From Candidatus Poribacteria bacterium (GTDB taxonomy: Bacteria; Poribacteria; WGA-4E; WGA-3G): a stretch of 64,000 bases of DNA. The stretch covers positions 2,112,001-2,176,000 of the forward strand of contig CAXXLX010000001.1 of NCBI GenBank assembly GCA_963665235.2, given 5' to 3'. Position numbers and translations under genes: made by a program. Shown piece by piece: positions 38,286 through 48,521 of this stretch (the first letter of the stretch is position 1; each line of letters begins with the position of its first letter). A model generated the notes under the pieces. The model saw only the letters and a program-made list of their open reading frames with translations, was not told the origin of the DNA and ran no database searches.

Positions 38286-40865
38286 ATGAAACGAAACCTA
38301 CTTTTTATATTTTTGACGTTGTTTTTTGTTGCAACGTTCTATCAAACAAACATTTTTGCCCAAGATTCACCACAATGGCACCTGCCCGAAGGTGCCACGA
38401 AACGCCTTGGCAAAGGCTGGTTATATGAAATTCAATACTCACCAGATGGCACTCGACTTGCCGCTTCAGGTTCAATCGGGGTCTGGATTTATGATACAGC
38501 AACCGATGAAGAAATATCGTTATTTACCAGTTCCGGATATGGCGTTTCGGCACTTGCGTATTCCCCGGATGGAAGCATAATTGCTGGTGGAGGCGCGGAC
38601 GGGACTATCCGTTTGTGGCATCCTGAAACAGGTGACATTTTACATACCCTTGAGGAACATTGGCGGAGCGTACGGGGACTCGTTTTTACCGCTGATGGGT
38701 CGATACTTGCAAGTGGTAGCAGAGATGGGACCATTTGCCTATGGAATCCTGAAACAGGCGAACTCCTGAACAAACTTAGCGGGCATACGGAGGGTGTCAA
38801 CAGCGTGGCTTTCAGCCTTGATGGAAGCACACTCATCAGTGGAAGTCGAGACGATACCATCAGAATATGGGATGTTGCCACTGGAGAACTGTTGCAAACG
38901 CTTGAAGAACATCGAGATAATGTAGCAAGTGTTGTGGTCAGTCCTGATGGAAAAACGCTCGCCAGCGGCGATCTGAACGCTATTATCCATCTATGGGATA
39001 CCGCCACATGGACACGCAAGCAGACACTCGTTGGACATACCTCTGAAATTTATCACATGGTGTATAGTCCGGACGGTAGTATCCTGGCGAGTTCCGGTGA
39101 GGATGACACTGTCCGATTGTGGGACGCTGAAACCGGTGAACATTTACACACACTCGTTGGACATACTGCCGACGTTTATGGAATCGCTTTCACGCCGGAT
39201 GGCACCGTGCTCACAAGTGGGGCATGGGATGCATCAATCCGTTCCTGGGACCCTGTCACAGGTGAACATCTCGAAACCATCACTGGACATACTGACGTTG
39301 TTGTGAGTGTCACTTACAGTGCTGATGGCAGCATCCTTGCCACGCGAAGTTGGGACAAAACTATCCGGCTCTGGGATGCTGATACTGGAGAACTTCGACA
39401 TACACTCATCGGGCACCAAGACGACGTTGATATCGTTGTTTTCAGTCCGGATGGCAGGACACTCGCCAGCGGCAGTCAGGACAACACCGTCCGTTTATGG
39501 GATGCTATTACAGGTGAACACATAAAGACGCTCAGAGGACATTATTCCTATCTGATAAGTCTTGCGTTTAGTCCGGATGGCAGAACACTTGCCAGCGGGA
39601 GTGAAGATGACAGTATCCGTTTATGGAGTGTCACCACAGGCGAATACATCGGAGGATTGTGGGAACATGAGGCAGGTGTTGAAACGCTTGCATTCAGTCC
39701 GGATGGCACTATGCTCGCCAGTGGCAGCCGAGATGATAAAGTTATCTTGTGGGAGCTGGAAACAGGCGAAGCCATACACACTATCAGTGAACATGAAGAC
39801 GATGTTTGGACAGTAGCCTTCAGTCCTGACGGTAAAACACTGGCAAGTGGCGGCGGTGACACAGTCTCTCTGTGGGATGTTGCTACAGCAGAGCTTCTCC
39901 AAACATTCCGCAGACCTGTCGATGTTGAACCGCCAGTAGGTACACCAGAAGAATTAGGTGGGGATACCCCTACAGACCTGCCTGCAAATGCTACAAGTAT
40001 CGTGTTTAGTCCCGATGGAAAAGTGCTCGTCAGTGGAAGTTATGACGCAACGATTCGTTTATGGGACATTGCCACCGGAGCACAGCTCACAACACTTGAG
40101 GGGCATACCTATTCTATTACAAGTGTCGCAGTCAGCCCCGATGGCAGCATAATTGCAAGCGGCAGCTTCGATGGTACTGTACTCCTGTGGGCATTTCCAC
40201 TCCGATTGAGCACAACGCAAATTCTCACAGTACTTGCAGATGTAAACAACGATGGCGTTCTGAATATACTAGATATCGTCTTGGTTGCATCAAGTTTCGG
40301 AGAATCTGCTAACAGTCCCGCTGACCTCAACGATGATGGCACTGTCGATCTTTCGGACCTCTATTTGATTACGAACGCAGTACAGAATATTCAGGGTGCC
40401 CCTGCTCTACACTCACAGGCAAGCGAACAGCTCACCGCAGCGCAGATACAAGCACTATTGACGCTCGCTAAACGGGAGTTATCACAAATTGTCCACACAT
40501 CGGAAACGGATGGACTTTCATATCAACGCGGAATTCAGGTGCTGGAACAAATTTTGCGAACATTGGCACCGACAGAGACTGTGCTACTTGCCAACTACCC
40601 AAATCCGTTCAATCCTGAAACGTGGATACCGTATCGGTTAGCGGTCCCTGCTGAGGTTAGCATCTCTATCCACGCTGTAGATGGGAGGTTAGTGCGGACG
40701 CTTGACCTCGGACATCTACCCGCGGGGCTCTATCAAAGTCGAACCCGCGCTGCCTATTGGGATGGCAAAAACAACGTAGGTGAACCTGTGGCAAGCGGCA
40801 CCTATTTCTACACGTTCACAGCAGGCGAATACACAGCCACGCGTAAAATGTTAATTCTGAAGTGA
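38286..40865 (+). CDS. Secreted WD40-repeat protein with dockerin-like EF-hand and C-terminal sorting/FlgD-Ig domain
   Basis: Signal peptide; many GH...FSPDG..LASGS.D.T.RLWD repeats; DVNNDGVLNILDIVLV; NYPNPFNPETWIPY...RKMLILK. Confidence 0.9.
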   Translation: MKRNLLFIFLTLFFVATFYQTNIFAQDSPQWHLPEGATKRLGKGWLYEIQYSPDGTRLAASGSIGVWIYDTATDEEISLFTSSGYGVSALAYSPDGSIIAGGGADGTIRLWHPETGDILHTLEEHWRSVRGLVFTADGSILASGSRDGTICLWNPETGELLNKLSGHTEGVNSVAFSLDGSTLISGSRDDTIRIWDVATGELLQTLEEHRDNVASVVVSPDGKTLASGDLNAIIHLWDTATWTRKQTLVGHTSEIYHMVYSPDGSILASSGEDDTVRLWDAETGEHLHTLVGHTADVYGIAFTPDGTVLTSGAWDASIRSWDPVTGEHLETITGHTDVVVSVTYSADGSILATRSWDKTIRLWDADTGELRHTLIGHQDDVDIVVFSPDGRTLASGSQDNTVRLWDAITGEHIKTLRGHYSYLISLAFSPDGRTLASGSEDDSIRLWSVTTGEYIGGLWEHEAGVETLAFSPDGTMLASGSRDDKVILWELETGEAIHTISEHEDDVWTVAFSPDGKTLASGGGDTVSLWDVATAELLQTFRRPVDVEPPVGTPEELGGDTPTDLPANATSIVFSPDGKVLVSGSYDATIRLWDIATGAQLTTLEGHTYSITSVAVSPDGSIIASGSFDGTVLLWAFPLRLSTTQILTVLADVNNDGVLNILDIVLVASSFGESANSPADLNDDGTVDLSDLYLITNAVQNIQGAPALHSQASEQLTAAQIQALLTLAKRELSQIVHTSETDGLSYQRGIQVLEQILRTLAPTETVLLANYPNPFNPETWIPYRLAVPAEVSISIHAVDGRLVRTLDLGHLPAGLYQSRTRAAYWDGKNNVGEPVASGTYFYTFTAGEYTATRKMLILK

Positions 40866-40889
40866 GCATTTTCATAGCTAACTTAGGAT

Positions 40890-40938
40890 GGGGGCTCCAA
40901 GCTGCTTCTTTACACAAGCAGGGAGCCCCTCTCTTTTT
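40890..40938 (+). terminator. Putative intrinsic terminator
   Basis: GGGGCTCC..CTGCTT / AAGCAG GGAGCCCC stem followed by a T-rich tract. Confidence 0.6.
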
Positions 40939-41068
40939 AAAATAATGGTTATTGGTTTATGACTAATTACAACACAATCCCTCACACAACTCCGCTCAAA
41001 GTGCATCCATGAGTGTGTAATAACGAAGTTATTCACTTTTTTAAAACACTGAATAGGGGAGAAATTTA

Positions 41069-42361
41069 ATGACCGACAAAATTCGCGTAAACCTTACAGA
41101 TGAACCCGGTATCACCGGACAAGATGCCGAAAATCTGAAAACTTGCGCGCAAAACCTCACAGTAATTGGGACCGCACTCCATGCCTACGAAAGGGAACAT
41201 GGCAATTTTCCAGAATGGCTATCAGAACTTCATCCGGCACATTTGATAGACACAAACGCGCTTATCTGTCCCGCGGATGAAGATGCGGGCATACCCATTT
41301 TACCTTATGACACTGACCCGAATCTACCTGTGAGTTACAGCTACGATTGTACTCCAGAGTATTACGAGCAGTGGCTAAAAGAGGAACGCACTGTATACGG
41401 TGATGCAAACCCGTTTGTCCGATGTCCGCACCACACAAAGCCCGATAAGCCCGATGCAGCTGCTACCTTTCTATATTTAAACCTGAGTTTTTCCAATACT
41501 GTGTATATATCAGAAGGCGATTGGCGGAAGCAACCGATAAAAGTGTACGGCAGCCTTGAAGCAGCAATCGCCGGGTACGAAAAAGCACTTCAACTTGCAC
41601 CTGAAGAGCCAAATTTCTTCAATCTCTATCCTGAGCTTGTCCGTCTCTATGTAGAAGCGGAACGAGATAAGGAGGCTGAAAACCTAATTAAACGTTTCAA
41701 ATCTATCATGAAACCTGATGATGAAGATATTATGCGGTTTCGCGACTATTGGCCCTTTGTCGATATGCTTAAAGCGGTCGGAAGGCATGCGGACGCGCTT
41801 CATCTTTTACAAAACCTTGAAAAGACCGAGCAGGAGAACCCGTTTATACGCAGCATCTTCAGGGAAATCGCGATGATTCATGAGGAACAGGGCAACGCTG
41901 AACTGGCAGACGCGTATTATCTTAAAGCCGACCCGAAGTTAGCAATGATTGGAAAACCTGTCCCCGATTTCTCCACCGTTGACCTCGAGGACAATCCGAT
42001 TTCGATTCGGGACTACCGTGGTAAAGTCGTTTTGCTCGAATTTTGGGCAGTCTGGTGTGGCCCGTGCCTCGGACAAATGCCTAATGTGAAAAAGGTTTAC
42101 GATGCTTATAAGGATGATGGTTTCGATGTTATCGGAGTCAGTTTTGACAACGACGTAGCGGAACTCCGCGAATATCTCGAAATTTGCAACCTCCCGTGGC
42201 GACAAATTTTCGATGGTCCGAAAGGGACTCTTAAAAAGCTGTACAACATTCGTGGTATTCCATCTGCTTGGCTTATTGATAAGGATGGCACATTAATCTC
42301 ATATCAAGCTAGAGGGGCGGAGTTGAAAAAATTAGTAGCCGAAGCTGTGAAAAAGAAATGA
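41069..42361 (+). CDS. TlpA-type thiol-disulfide redoxin fused to TPR-like and pseudopilin-like N-terminal regions
   Basis: GKVVLLEFWAVWCGPC, GIPSAWLIDKDG; N-terminal CAQNL..IG.AL..Y...HG.FP..L...ICPAD. Confidence 0.8.
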   Translation: MTDKIRVNLTDEPGITGQDAENLKTCAQNLTVIGTALHAYEREHGNFPEWLSELHPAHLIDTNALICPADEDAGIPILPYDTDPNLPVSYSYDCTPEYYEQWLKEERTVYGDANPFVRCPHHTKPDKPDAAATFLYLNLSFSNTVYISEGDWRKQPIKVYGSLEAAIAGYEKALQLAPEEPNFFNLYPELVRLYVEAERDKEAENLIKRFKSIMKPDDEDIMRFRDYWPFVDMLKAVGRHADALHLLQNLEKTEQENPFIRSIFREIAMIHEEQGNAELADAYYLKADPKLAMIGKPVPDFSTVDLEDNPISIRDYRGKVVLLEFWAVWCGPCLGQMPNVKKVYDAYKDDGFDVIGVSFDNDVAELREYLEICNLPWRQIFDGPKGTLKKLYNIRGIPSAWLIDKDGTLISYQARGAELKKLVAEAVKKK

Positions 42362-42532
42362 TATGGAGATGCATTCACTTCAGAAAAAATGTGTTGATAC
42401 GGTTAGCACAAAACGGGTATAATTAAAAAACAGTGTGGAGATATGTTCCTAAACACTACAAGTTCCTGATTTTAGCATTAGTTGGATTAATCGGTGTTGT
42501 CATCGGCATTTTTTGGAAAAGGAATTAACACA

Positions 42533-44467
42533 ATGAAATTAACCGTAAGTCTAATTTCAACCGTTATTTTCGTGTTGATGATATGTCTACAAATTAGTTT
42601 CGCCCAATATGAGCCGTACACCCAACTTAGTTTACCCGAAGGTGCCAAAGCCCGGCTCGGCAAAGGGAGTATCTCTGAGGTACTATATTCTCCGGATGGA
42701 ACTCGGTTAGCAGTCGTGAGTGACGTTGGTGTTTGGCTTTATGATACCGTGGCCTATCAAGAGCTATCTCTGATTACGGGGCATACCCGTTCTTTCGTCT
42801 GTATGAGTTTCAGTTCGCATGGTCGCATCTTGGCAACAGGCAGTTTTGACAAAACAGTGCGGCTGTGGGACACTGACACGGGTGAAAATCTTAAAGTAAT
42901 AGCGGCACATCCGAGTACTGTTATAGAGGTGTGTCTGAGTCCAGAGGGCAGCACAAGCGCAAGTCTCAGTATTGCTAACGGCAGTACGATACGATTGTGG
43001 GACATTCCTACCGGTGCTCATTTAAAAACACTCACTGGACACACCCGCGATGTCAATAGTGTGAGTTTTAGTCCGGATGGTCAAACAATCGCAAGTGGCA
43101 GCGAAGACAAAACGGTGCGACTGTGGGATGTTGCCACGGGCGCGCCCTTAAAAGTACTCACTGGACATACTGACAGTATTTACACCGTCCGTTTTAGTCC
43201 GGATGGCCGCATAATCGCAAGTGGTAGCGGAAACGAGCTGGATCCAAATCGTAGTGATAACGAAGTACGGTTGTGGGATGCCGCTACAGGAGCACTTCTG
43301 AAAACGCTTGAAGGACATGAGCTATTGGTTACCGATGTCAGTTTTAGTCCGGATGGTCGAACAATCGCAAGTGCTAGTGTAGATAAAACGGTGCGGTTAT
43401 GGGATGTCGCCACGGGTGAACAGATAAAAACGCTTACTGGACATACCGCTTATTATGCTTACAGCGTAAGTTTTAGCCCGGATGGTGAACGAATCGCTAC
43501 CGGCAGTACAGACGAGGTGTGGGTGTGGGATGTTGCTACAGGGGAACGCATAAAAACACTTACTGGATATACTGCCGGTGGTTACGGTAACAGTGTCCGT
43601 TTTAGTCCAGATGGTCGAACAATCGCTGACGGCGGCTGGGGTAAGGTGTATTTTTGGGATGCCACCGCGGGGGCACTCCTCAAAGTGCTGGATGGGCATC
43701 ACATTGATGTTTTGTGTGTGCGTTTTTCTCCGGATGGACACACGCTCTTCAGCGGTAATAGGCTTGGGTGGACAACTGGAACAAACGCTCAGTTTCCGAA
43801 CGACGAACGATTGGGGAATTCAGTCACAGGAATAAACCTGGAAACACTCATTCGTGCGGGGCACGTAAACCGGGTTCGGAGTATGGATTTCAGTCCAGAT
43901 GGACGCACAGTCGCAACCGGAGGTAACGACAAAACGATAGGATTGTGGGATGCTACCACGGGCGCACTTCTAAAAACGCTCACAGGACATACCGGTGATG
44001 TCAGCAGTGTCTGTTTTGGCCCGAACGGCCGCATCCTGGCAAGCAGCAGTAGCGACAATACTGTGCGGCTGTGGGATGCCACCACGGGGGCACCTCTGAA
44101 TACACTCACAGGACACACCCGCGCCGTTTTCAGCATCAATTTCAGTCCAGACAGTCAACTTCTTGCAAGTGGGGGCGCGGATGATATATTGATATGGAAT
44201 GTTACCACGGGTGAACTCTTAAAAACGTTTACTGAGACAGGATCAGTTTACAGTGTGAGTTTCAATCCGGATAGTAAGATTCTCGCGAGTGGGAGTGCTG
44301 ATGGTAAAGTGCGTCTTTGGAATGTTGCCACGGGGACTCTCCTAAAAACATTCACAGGGCATATTGGGAATATCAATAGTGTAAGTTTTAGTCCTGATGG
44401 TCGTACCCTCGCGAGCAGGAGTGAGGACGAAACGATACTCCTATGGAAAATACTTGAATATAAGTAA
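42533..44467 (+). CDS. Secreted WD40-repeat protein
   Basis: Signal peptide after AAAGGA SD; LPEGAKARLGKG; many WD40 repeats. Confidence 0.9.
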   Translation: MKLTVSLISTVIFVLMICLQISFAQYEPYTQLSLPEGAKARLGKGSISEVLYSPDGTRLAVVSDVGVWLYDTVAYQELSLITGHTRSFVCMSFSSHGRILATGSFDKTVRLWDTDTGENLKVIAAHPSTVIEVCLSPEGSTSASLSIANGSTIRLWDIPTGAHLKTLTGHTRDVNSVSFSPDGQTIASGSEDKTVRLWDVATGAPLKVLTGHTDSIYTVRFSPDGRIIASGSGNELDPNRSDNEVRLWDAATGALLKTLEGHELLVTDVSFSPDGRTIASASVDKTVRLWDVATGEQIKTLTGHTAYYAYSVSFSPDGERIATGSTDEVWVWDVATGERIKTLTGYTAGGYGNSVRFSPDGRTIADGGWGKVYFWDATAGALLKVLDGHHIDVLCVRFSPDGHTLFSGNRLGWTTGTNAQFPNDERLGNSVTGINLETLIRAGHVNRVRSMDFSPDGRTVATGGNDKTIGLWDATTGALLKTLTGHTGDVSSVCFGPNGRILASSSSDNTVRLWDATTGAPLNTLTGHTRAVFSINFSPDSQLLASGGADDILIWNVTTGELLKTFTETGSVYSVSFNPDSKILASGSADGKVRLWNVATGTLLKTFTGHIGNINSVSFSPDGRTLASRSEDETILLWKILEYK

Positions 44468-44472
44468 GGCTG

Positions 44473-45669
44473 CTATAAAAGAGATGCCTGCTTAAAAACT
44501 GTCTCTCCACCCACCTCAATCTGGACCGGTGCCAAATACGGATAGATAGCTTTCGTATCCACATCCACACCGAGACCGGGCAGCTCTTTCACCCGAACCA
44601 TGCCATCGGGCTCAACCGCAAACGGTTGCTTTATTAGTCGTTGCGACAGTTCTGAACCTGCAGCAGGATATTCCAATAGTGTAAAATCTGGGTTTGTCGC
44701 AAAGACATGAAGGGCGGCGGCAAGACTTAGATGACTTTTAAAGGTGTGATTGACATACTGTATCCCGTGCTGTTCAGCAAGTTGTCGTACCTGAAAAGAG
44801 GGCATAATCCCGCCGATACGTCCCGTGTCAATCTGCACAAACTGGATACCGCCGTGCAAAATCAGCTCTTCTGCCATGTGGTAGGTGTTTGACCCCTCCC
44901 CCGCTGCGATAGGCACGCGTGGATTCTTCGCGGTGAGCGAACCGTACGCAGCAATTGCATCGGGAGCGAGCGGTTCTTCCAACCATGTAGGAGAGAATTC
45001 GGCAAACGCTTCTGCACGTTTGTAAGCAGTTTCGTAATCTGTGCCCCAGACGACACCTGCATCAATCATAACTTGTGCATCTGTTCCCATACCTTCACGC
45101 GCAGCACGGACAAGGGCAATATCGTTTTCCTCACCGAATTTGCCCATCGGGCCCCAACCGAACTTCGCCGCGCTATATCCCTGTTCACACAACTGCATCG
45201 CAATATGATAGGTGGCATCCGGTGTATCCCCAAAGAGAACGGACGCATACGGCAGTTTCGGATGTGCTATATCAGACGTGCCGGTCATCTCTGCAAGAAG
45301 GGAGTAAACAGGTTTATCTAAATGCTTACCAATTATATCCCACAACGCCACTTCTGCCCCGCTATAGGCATGCTGTATCTGTTGAATGTCCAAACCGTTC
45401 CGCAGCACCTTTTCACTGAGGCGTAGCACATCTTCAGGACCATCAAGCATTTCACCAATTAATGAGGTGCGGATGTTAATGATATTCCCGTGCGATATTG
45501 GGCAGCAATAAGCAGCTAAGCTTACCAACGGCGAGGCATCACATTCCCCCCATCCCTCAAGTCCCGCATCCATGCGAATTCGGACTAGAAGCGTATCTTG
45601 CGTGCCATCCGCTGCAGTCGTGATTATAGGCATCCGCAAATAGAAGGGGTCAACTGCGATAATTTTCAT
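44473..45669 (-). CDS. Mandelate racemase/muconate lactonizing enzyme family (enolase superfamily)
   Basis: GWGEC, ALWDIIGK, AKFGW, MIDAG, WLEEP, PIAAGE, QIDTGRIGG, PGLGV. Confidence 0.88.
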   Translation of the reverse strand: MKIIAVDPFYLRMPIITTAADGTQDTLLVRIRMDAGLEGWGECDASPLVSLAAYCCPISHGNIINIRTSLIGEMLDGPEDVLRLSEKVLRNGLDIQQIQHAYSGAEVALWDIIGKHLDKPVYSLLAEMTGTSDIAHPKLPYASVLFGDTPDATYHIAMQLCEQGYSAAKFGWGPMGKFGEENDIALVRAAREGMGTDAQVMIDAGVVWGTDYETAYKRAEAFAEFSPTWLEEPLAPDAIAAYGSLTAKNPRVPIAAGEGSNTYHMAEELILHGGIQFVQIDTGRIGGIMPSFQVRQLAEQHGIQYVNHTFKSHLSLAAALHVFATNPDFTLLEYPAAGSELSQRLIKQPFAVEPDGMVRVKELPGLGVDVDTKAIYPYLAPVQIEVGGETVFKQASLL

Positions 45670-46175
45670 GGTTCGGTGGCAGACGTTTCTGTTTCGGCAC
45701 CAACGTCCGCTGGGGCAATTGGCGGTGTTTGTACTTCTTTCTGTTCTTTGCTTGGAACTGATAGGGAACGCATAACGGAAATGACGAACCACCCTAGCAA
45801 ACCCGCCGCGGCCCCGGCACACATCGCAATTCCTGCACCTTTCGGTGTCGCTAATCGGTCTAACGTTTGCCGGTCCACTTCACATGAAAGGTTTTTGATA
45901 TTTTTTACCGCAACGTTGCGGGTGTCCCCGTGCTGGACGTACTCCACGGTTGGTGCGGTAGTGCCATCTATTTCAATATCGGCGTTCCATGTAGGCGCGT
46001 TCATATTGAGCCTACTTGTTCCTTCTTCGCCCACCCAGCTGGCTTTTATACCTTTTAGGTCCCCCTCGGCATCACGAATCGGTTCCACGCGTGTACTTGA
46101 AAGGACACGTCCAAGAAAACCGAGGGCTATATCTTTGGATTTTAACAGCGCGACACGCAAATTTTCTGAATTCAT
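45666..46175 (-). CDS. Hypothetical protein with C-terminal TM helix
   Basis: GAGG SD; stop overlaps next start. Confidence 0.65.
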   Translation of the reverse strand: MNSENLRVALLKSKDIALGFLGRVLSSTRVEPIRDAEGDLKGIKASWVGEEGTSRLNMNAPTWNADIEIDGTTAPTVEYVQHGDTRNVAVKNIKNLSCEVDRQTLDRLATPKGAGIAMCAGAAAGLLGWFVISVMRSLSVPSKEQKEVQTPPIAPADVGAETETSATEP

Positions 46176-46258
46176 ACCTCTTCTCCAAATTTGATATAAT
46201 TCTCACCCTCTATTTTGCCATATTTTTACAAAAAAAGCAACCTTATTTTTCGTTTTTT

Positions 46259-46328
46259 GGGTGTAAAGTTTTTGTCGTATGATAGATGGAAGGATGGAAG
46301 AGTGGATTTCGCGTGTGTATTGTCTGAA
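46259..46328. repeat. End-like motif GGGTGTAAAGTTTTTGTC plus GATGGAAG repeats (shared with about 62955-63040)
   Basis: Matches the 26168 left end; gatggaaggatggaaga.t.gatttcgcgtgtgt recurs at 63000-63033. Confidence 0.6.
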
Positions 46329-46371
46329 CAATTACTTTATGCATATATCCCCCAGAATGATGTTATCCAGT

Positions 46372-47115
46372 CTAATCGTTATATTTTATTATCGTAATAG
46401 GGGTTAACATCTCAGACAATGCTTGACACTTCATTTTTACTTGGATGTTGTTACCGCCATGATCCAAATCATCTTTGGAACGTTTTTCATGTTTCCCATT
46501 ACCGCCTTTCCTTTGAATCGTAAAACATGAATGTAAAGAAATGACCCCTCTGGACGTGATTTTGACATCAATTGATTCTCTTAATAATTCCAGTAGTTCC
46601 TCCATTTTATAAACCGAAATAATCTGAGCGTCCGATTTAATTAGTACAAAAAGTTTGGGAGAATTCTCACCCTGTAAACTGTATTTTAGAATATCAAAAG
46701 CTTTGTTATAGTTTAGTTCGCGAAGAATAAAATCAGTGTCCTCACTACTAATCCAGTTTGTTTTTGAGTTTTTTGCTTTCCTTACCGTTGACCTTTCTAG
46801 AACTTGTTTAAAGTTATCCGAAAAACCGAAGCGGGCTACAAAGACTTCAATTTTCATGCGCGTAACTTGATTAAACCCAGTCCCTTTAAAGGACTTAATA
46901 CTTGCTTTAAAAGTGTGCCCTCCTATTGTGCGAATAAACACATCAGATTTCTTTCCATACTGCCCTTCCCGTATCATGAACTCTATTTCTTGGTTTTCCG
47001 GAGCAAATTCTGAAAACGCCTCAGCAATTTTTTTCATATTTTGTGGGTTTTTGGCTATCTCGCGACAAAATAGGTCTTCAAAATATGTCCCTTTATGCGC
47101 ATTTCGATTTGTCAT
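46372..47115 (-). CDS. Type II restriction endonuclease, HinP1I/MspI-like
   Basis: KSDV...SIKS...GFNQV.R and TIQRKGG..G...NIQVK; AT-rich; adjacent to an MTase. Confidence 0.72.
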   Translation of the reverse strand: MTNRNAHKGTYFEDLFCREIAKNPQNMKKIAEAFSEFAPENQEIEFMIREGQYGKKSDVFIRTIGGHTFKASIKSFKGTGFNQVTRMKIEVFVARFGFSDNFKQVLERSTVRKAKNSKTNWISSEDTDFILRELNYNKAFDILKYSLQGENSPKLFVLIKSDAQIISVYKMEELLELLRESIDVKITSRGVISLHSCFTIQRKGGNGKHEKRSKDDLDHGGNNIQVKMKCQALSEMLTPITIIKYND

Positions 47116-47127
47116 TCACTTGCCCTC

Positions 47128-47970
47128 TTAATAATTAAAAGCGATCATTTCCTGACTTTTATTTTGTGTAAAATACTGCAATGACCTCATCAAAGTAATA
47201 GCTCTAACTGTGTAGGATTCAGGAAGGTCAAATATTTCGGGGTGATTTTGTTCGGATAAAACGACTTTATTTTTTAATTCAATGGTTCTTAAAAACTGAT
47301 TGAACTCACCTAAATCAAGAACGCCATTATAATGCCCATTGGTATTATTGAAATAGGGTGGGTCAAGATACAAAAAAGAGTTCTCGAGACAAGCAAAGTC
47401 TTTGTAATCCTTGTTCATTATGGTTAAGTCTGCAATGATTTTACTTAAATTCAACAATGAATCAAGATGGACTTTAGGACATGTGCTCCCTTTTCTGATA
47501 GGCGAATTGAATTTATTGCTTGAATTGAATCTGATTTTTCCTGAAAACGCGTTCTTTGCAAGGTAAAGGAAGTTCGCCGCCCCCTGAACCCCGTTTTCTA
47601 AACAGAGCTCCCGGACGTGGTAATAATATTCGGAGGAAGAATTATGGTAATGTTCGTTATACAGTTCCCATAACCGAGATGGAGATGTTTGAACGTGCCG
47701 TATTAGGTTTACAATGACAGGGTTATTGTCGTTATAGGTAACGCGGTGTGAGCCGAACCTATCACAGGCATAAAAAGAGAATCCCCCACCGCCTCCAAAT
47801 ATATCATAAATATGACATTCAAGGTTATCAGGTATTATTTTATCAAAAATATCTTTGAAACCTGCTTTACAACCAATGTAAGGAATTATCTTTAGAGCAG
47901 CACGTTTGTTTGTTACAACAAACTCGGATTGCTGTCCATTGGCAAAGTCTTTATTCATTTTTGACTCCAT
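47128..47970 (-). CDS. Dam/D12-class (alpha) N6-adenine DNA methyltransferase
   Basis: PYIGCK, DIFGGGG (motif I), FSGKIRFNSSNKFNSP, FLYLDPPY (motif IV). Confidence 0.88.
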   Translation of the reverse strand: MESKMNKDFANGQQSEFVVTNKRAALKIIPYIGCKAGFKDIFDKIIPDNLECHIYDIFGGGGGFSFYACDRFGSHRVTYNDNNPVIVNLIRHVQTSPSRLWELYNEHYHNSSSEYYYHVRELCLENGVQGAANFLYLAKNAFSGKIRFNSSNKFNSPIRKGSTCPKVHLDSLLNLSKIIADLTIMNKDYKDFACLENSFLYLDPPYFNNTNGHYNGVLDLGEFNQFLRTIELKNKVVLSEQNHPEIFDLPESYTVRAITLMRSLQYFTQNKSQEMIAFNY

Positions 47971-48521
47971 CTGCTAAAGCATGAGGATTCTTAGGGACCT
48001 TGTATTGCTCCATATCGTATAGCTACTAAAATTTGGACAATGTGTCTGCGTTTGCTGAGAAGGACGGAGGTTTAGCCATCTATTTACCGCGTCCGGGCGG
48101 CGCATCGTCCCTCTCCCGATTTAACAAGTGCCCGTGTTTGAAAGCAATAGCATCAGCTCGAAGTGGGCAAAGTTTCCTACCTTTGATGCACCCGTGTGCC
48201 AGAAAACGAACAGAATCTATCAGACATTTTCCAAACTTTCACTTTATCACTTCAATTGTACACACAATTGCCTTTTTTGTCAAATTTTTTCCGCGGTTTT
48301 TTTCATTACACACACCCAAGTTGCCACATAGTAGCATAATCTTCCAGATTGTGCATATTTGTGGGCAAATTGGAAGTGAACGGGACAAATATTAGCTAAT
48401 TATCAGCATATTTTCAGTAAAGACGGTGTTTCCAGGTCTAAAAACTTATAAGTAGCAACTTGGGTTACACACTTAGATTGATGTGTGGTTTGTTTCGGTT
48501 TCGGGAAGTTGTTTGCAATCT

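Noticed and set aside
48033-48395. 120-aa plus-strand ORF between MTase and fic
   Set aside because: TTG start, no SD, no motif; probably non-coding or decayed sequence.
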